64,000 nucleotides of DNA from an uncultured Pseudomonadota bacterium (GTDB lineage: Bacteria; Pseudomonadota; Gammaproteobacteria; Methylococcales; Methylomonadaceae): the NCBI GenBank assembly GCA_903847275.1, contig CAINDC010000196.1, positions 3,884-67,883 on the forward strand. Reading direction: 5' to 3'. Under the pieces are notes generated by a model. That model was not told the origin of the DNA. It saw only the letters and a program-made list of their open reading frames with translations, and searched no databases. Within the stretch, counting starts at the first letter, position 1. Every line of letters starts with the position of its first letter. Shown one piece after another: positions 62,379-64,000 of this stretch. The position numbers were made by a program, and so were the translations under genes.

Positions 62379-63734
62379 TTAAAACGCCAACATTCCGTTA
62401 ATCATAAATGTATTGTTATCTGAAACTCGCTGTGTCGAACCATTCACTTTTGCAAAACCAATATATTGCAAGCTCGTCCGTAAATTCAACCATGGTGCGT
62501 GTACCGAACCACTTTTGCCAAAGGGAATATAAACCAATTCGGCGGTGTAATAATCGCTGTTTGGTTTGCCAATATCATAAAAAGTCGTTCCATCATCAGC
62601 TGTATTTAATGTCGAAACGTTTGATCCTTTCACGTTGTTATAAGCGAACGTCACGCCATAAGTTTGGTCGTAGGTGTAAGACGTATTGAATTTAAACGTA
62701 TTCAAATACGATTTCGCATTGGGGCTTAATTGGTTAGTCGTGCGCGTATAAGACAATTTTTGATCTTCGTAAATATAGGTCGTTTTAGCTTCAAAAATGT
62801 GTTTTGGATTTGCCATATATTGATAAGTCGCATCAAACGCAATGTCGGTATAACGATCACTTACACCCATGCTTTTATCACGACTTGGGAATACATTTGC
62901 CATCATTCCGTAATGCCCGACAGCGAAAAAGTGACCTTTCCAATCTTTTTGCAACGCCGCACGCCAATAAGGTGCTGCGCCGTCGAGTTCTAATCGGTCA
63001 CCTGTTGGAATGCCAATTCCTTTTTGAATACCATTCGCTAAACTTGTGTAACCACCTGCTTCTAAATACAACAAATTGTTAATCATTGTATAAGCCGTCG
63101 CGCCACCTACTTGAGCTGCAAGTCCACCATCAACTAATGCTGGTGTTCCCGCGCTGGGTTGTAATGCACTACCGTTGTATGGAAAACCCCAAGCTGTAGT
63201 GTTCCATAAATCTTGAACAGTGGGTGTATTGTTTACAGAAATGCCGTAAGTGACAGGCGTGTCCATAATATCGATATTGTCAGCAAAACGAATATCGGTA
63301 TTGTCCATCGCTGCTGCCTTTGAAACGCCGTCATAATTTAATTGAGCAAATGCCCCGACTTTGCCGTAAATTTTGCCAGCATAAAACGCATCAACAGCAT
63401 CGAATGTGAAGTTGTTGTTTTTATTATAGCCAGACGCTGGGAAATTAGCAGGGTCTTGGTCTTTATTTGTATTCGTAAATGAACCAGAAACCAACGCACT
63501 CATCGCAGGAATGTTAGAGCTTTTTCCGTTACTCATCGTGTAACCACCCAATTTAAAATCACGTCCAAACGGCGTTAAATTCGGACCAAAAGATTGGGTG
63601 TGACATTGATTACATGACGCACCTGTTTGACGAGTAAAACTTGGTAAAGCATTTGCTTCAAAGCTAGTAAATATGGTTGCTAATGTCACTGTAAAAAATG
63701 ACAGAGCAACTAATCGTTTTTTAAATTTATGCAT
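62379..63734 (-). CDS. Outer-membrane beta-barrel protein with N-terminal CXXCH heme motif (Cyc2-like fused cytochrome-porin candidate)
   Basis: Start trimmed to MHKFKKRLVALSFFTVTLATIFTSFEANA (signal peptide) with AAGGAG 5 nt upstream. The mature N-terminus is LPSFTRQTGASCNQCHTQ. About 400 aa of Gly/Tyr/Asn-rich alternating sequence follows. The protein ends in ...NGMLAF, an OMP-type C-terminal Phe. Confidence 0.55.
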   Translation of the reverse strand: MHKFKKRLVALSFFTVTLATIFTSFEANALPSFTRQTGASCNQCHTQSFGPNLTPFGRDFKLGGYTMSNGKSSNIPAMSALVSGSFTNTNKDQDPANFPASGYNKNNNFTFDAVDAFYAGKIYGKVGAFAQLNYDGVSKAAAMDNTDIRFADNIDIMDTPVTYGISVNNTPTVQDLWNTTAWGFPYNGSALQPSAGTPALVDGGLAAQVGGATAYTMINNLLYLEAGGYTSLANGIQKGIGIPTGDRLELDGAAPYWRAALQKDWKGHFFAVGHYGMMANVFPSRDKSMGVSDRYTDIAFDATYQYMANPKHIFEAKTTYIYEDQKLSYTRTTNQLSPNAKSYLNTFKFNTSYTYDQTYGVTFAYNNVKGSNVSTLNTADDGTTFYDIGKPNSDYYTAELVYIPFGKSGSVHAPWLNLRTSLQYIGFAKVNGSTQRVSDNNTFMINGMLAF

Positions 63735-63744
63735 AATTTCTCCT

Positions 63745-64000
63745 TTATTTACCACTTTTTAAAATACTAACGAGCCATGTAATTTCGTCTGATTCAAACG
63801 TTGATTTCCACGGTGGCATTGCTGTGCCTTTTCGACCATTGGTAATCGTTGTAATCAATAAATCATCTGCCTTATTTGCTAACGCGTCAGGTTTAAGTGA
63901 GGGTCCCATTGCACCTTGTAATTCCGGACCATGACAACCACTGCAACTATTTTGCAATAAAGCACGAATTTCAGTTTGACGTTCGGCGGACGGTTCAGCC
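63745..64000 (-). CDS. Periplasmic monoheme cytochrome c, c55X-like (C-terminal part; runs off right edge)
   Basis: The reading frame stays open to the window end (AEPSAERQTEIRALLQNSCSGCHG...). CSGCH heme motif and NGRKGTAMPPW. Paralogue of the gene at 44010-44312. Confidence 0.7.
   Translation of the reverse strand, partial: AEPSAERQTEIRALLQNSCSGCHGPELQGAMGPSLKPDALANKADDLLITTITNGRKGTAMPPWKSTFESDEITWLVSILKSGK

Overview
AT-rich (judged by eye) chromosomal window from a Gram-negative bacterium. Gene content and synteny look gammaproteobacterial, possibly a Thiotrichales-like lithotroph or methylotroph; that placement is inference only and no search was possible. About 55 protein-coding genes are tightly packed. 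I recognised no rRNA, tRNA, CRISPR array or clear IS element.

Housekeeping blocks:
- napD-napA (napA runs off the left edge)
- glyA
- pyrG, an Rpn-like nuclease, kdsA
- trpH-ycgN
- ppiA-lpxH-truB-rpsO-pnp
- cysS
- rplM-rpsI
- rplU-rpmA-obgE-proB
- pip
- iscR-ispG-pdxA-rsmA
- fhs

Accessory or unusual blocks:
1. A type IV minor-pilin operon (pilV, pilW, pilX-like, fimT-like) has no pilY1. It is preceded by, and start/stop-overlapped with, a 2480-aa secreted Ig-repeat protein.
2. A dense signalling region contains a GAF-PAS hybrid kinase with Hpt, a REC-kinase, a REC-HD-GYP protein, an EAL-CBS-GGDEF protein, a CZB protein and a CBS-adenylate/guanylate cyclase.
3. Scattered respiratory and C1 genes are present: an orphan hypF, an orphan nirJ, two c55X-like cytochromes c and two tandem MtdB-like dehydrogenases.
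4. At the right edge is a cluster of a periplasmic cytochrome c, a CXXCH-bearing beta-barrel protein (Cyc2-like fused cytochrome-porin candidate), a 4-TM CXXCH membrane protein, a sensor kinase and a sigma-54 activator.

I regard block 4 and the pilus-linked giant protein (block 1) as the best candidates for an undescribed system. All functional calls rest on motif and family recognition by eye from the supplied translations. Coordinates of small RNA-structure features were anchored on ORF frames and may be off by 1-2 nt.
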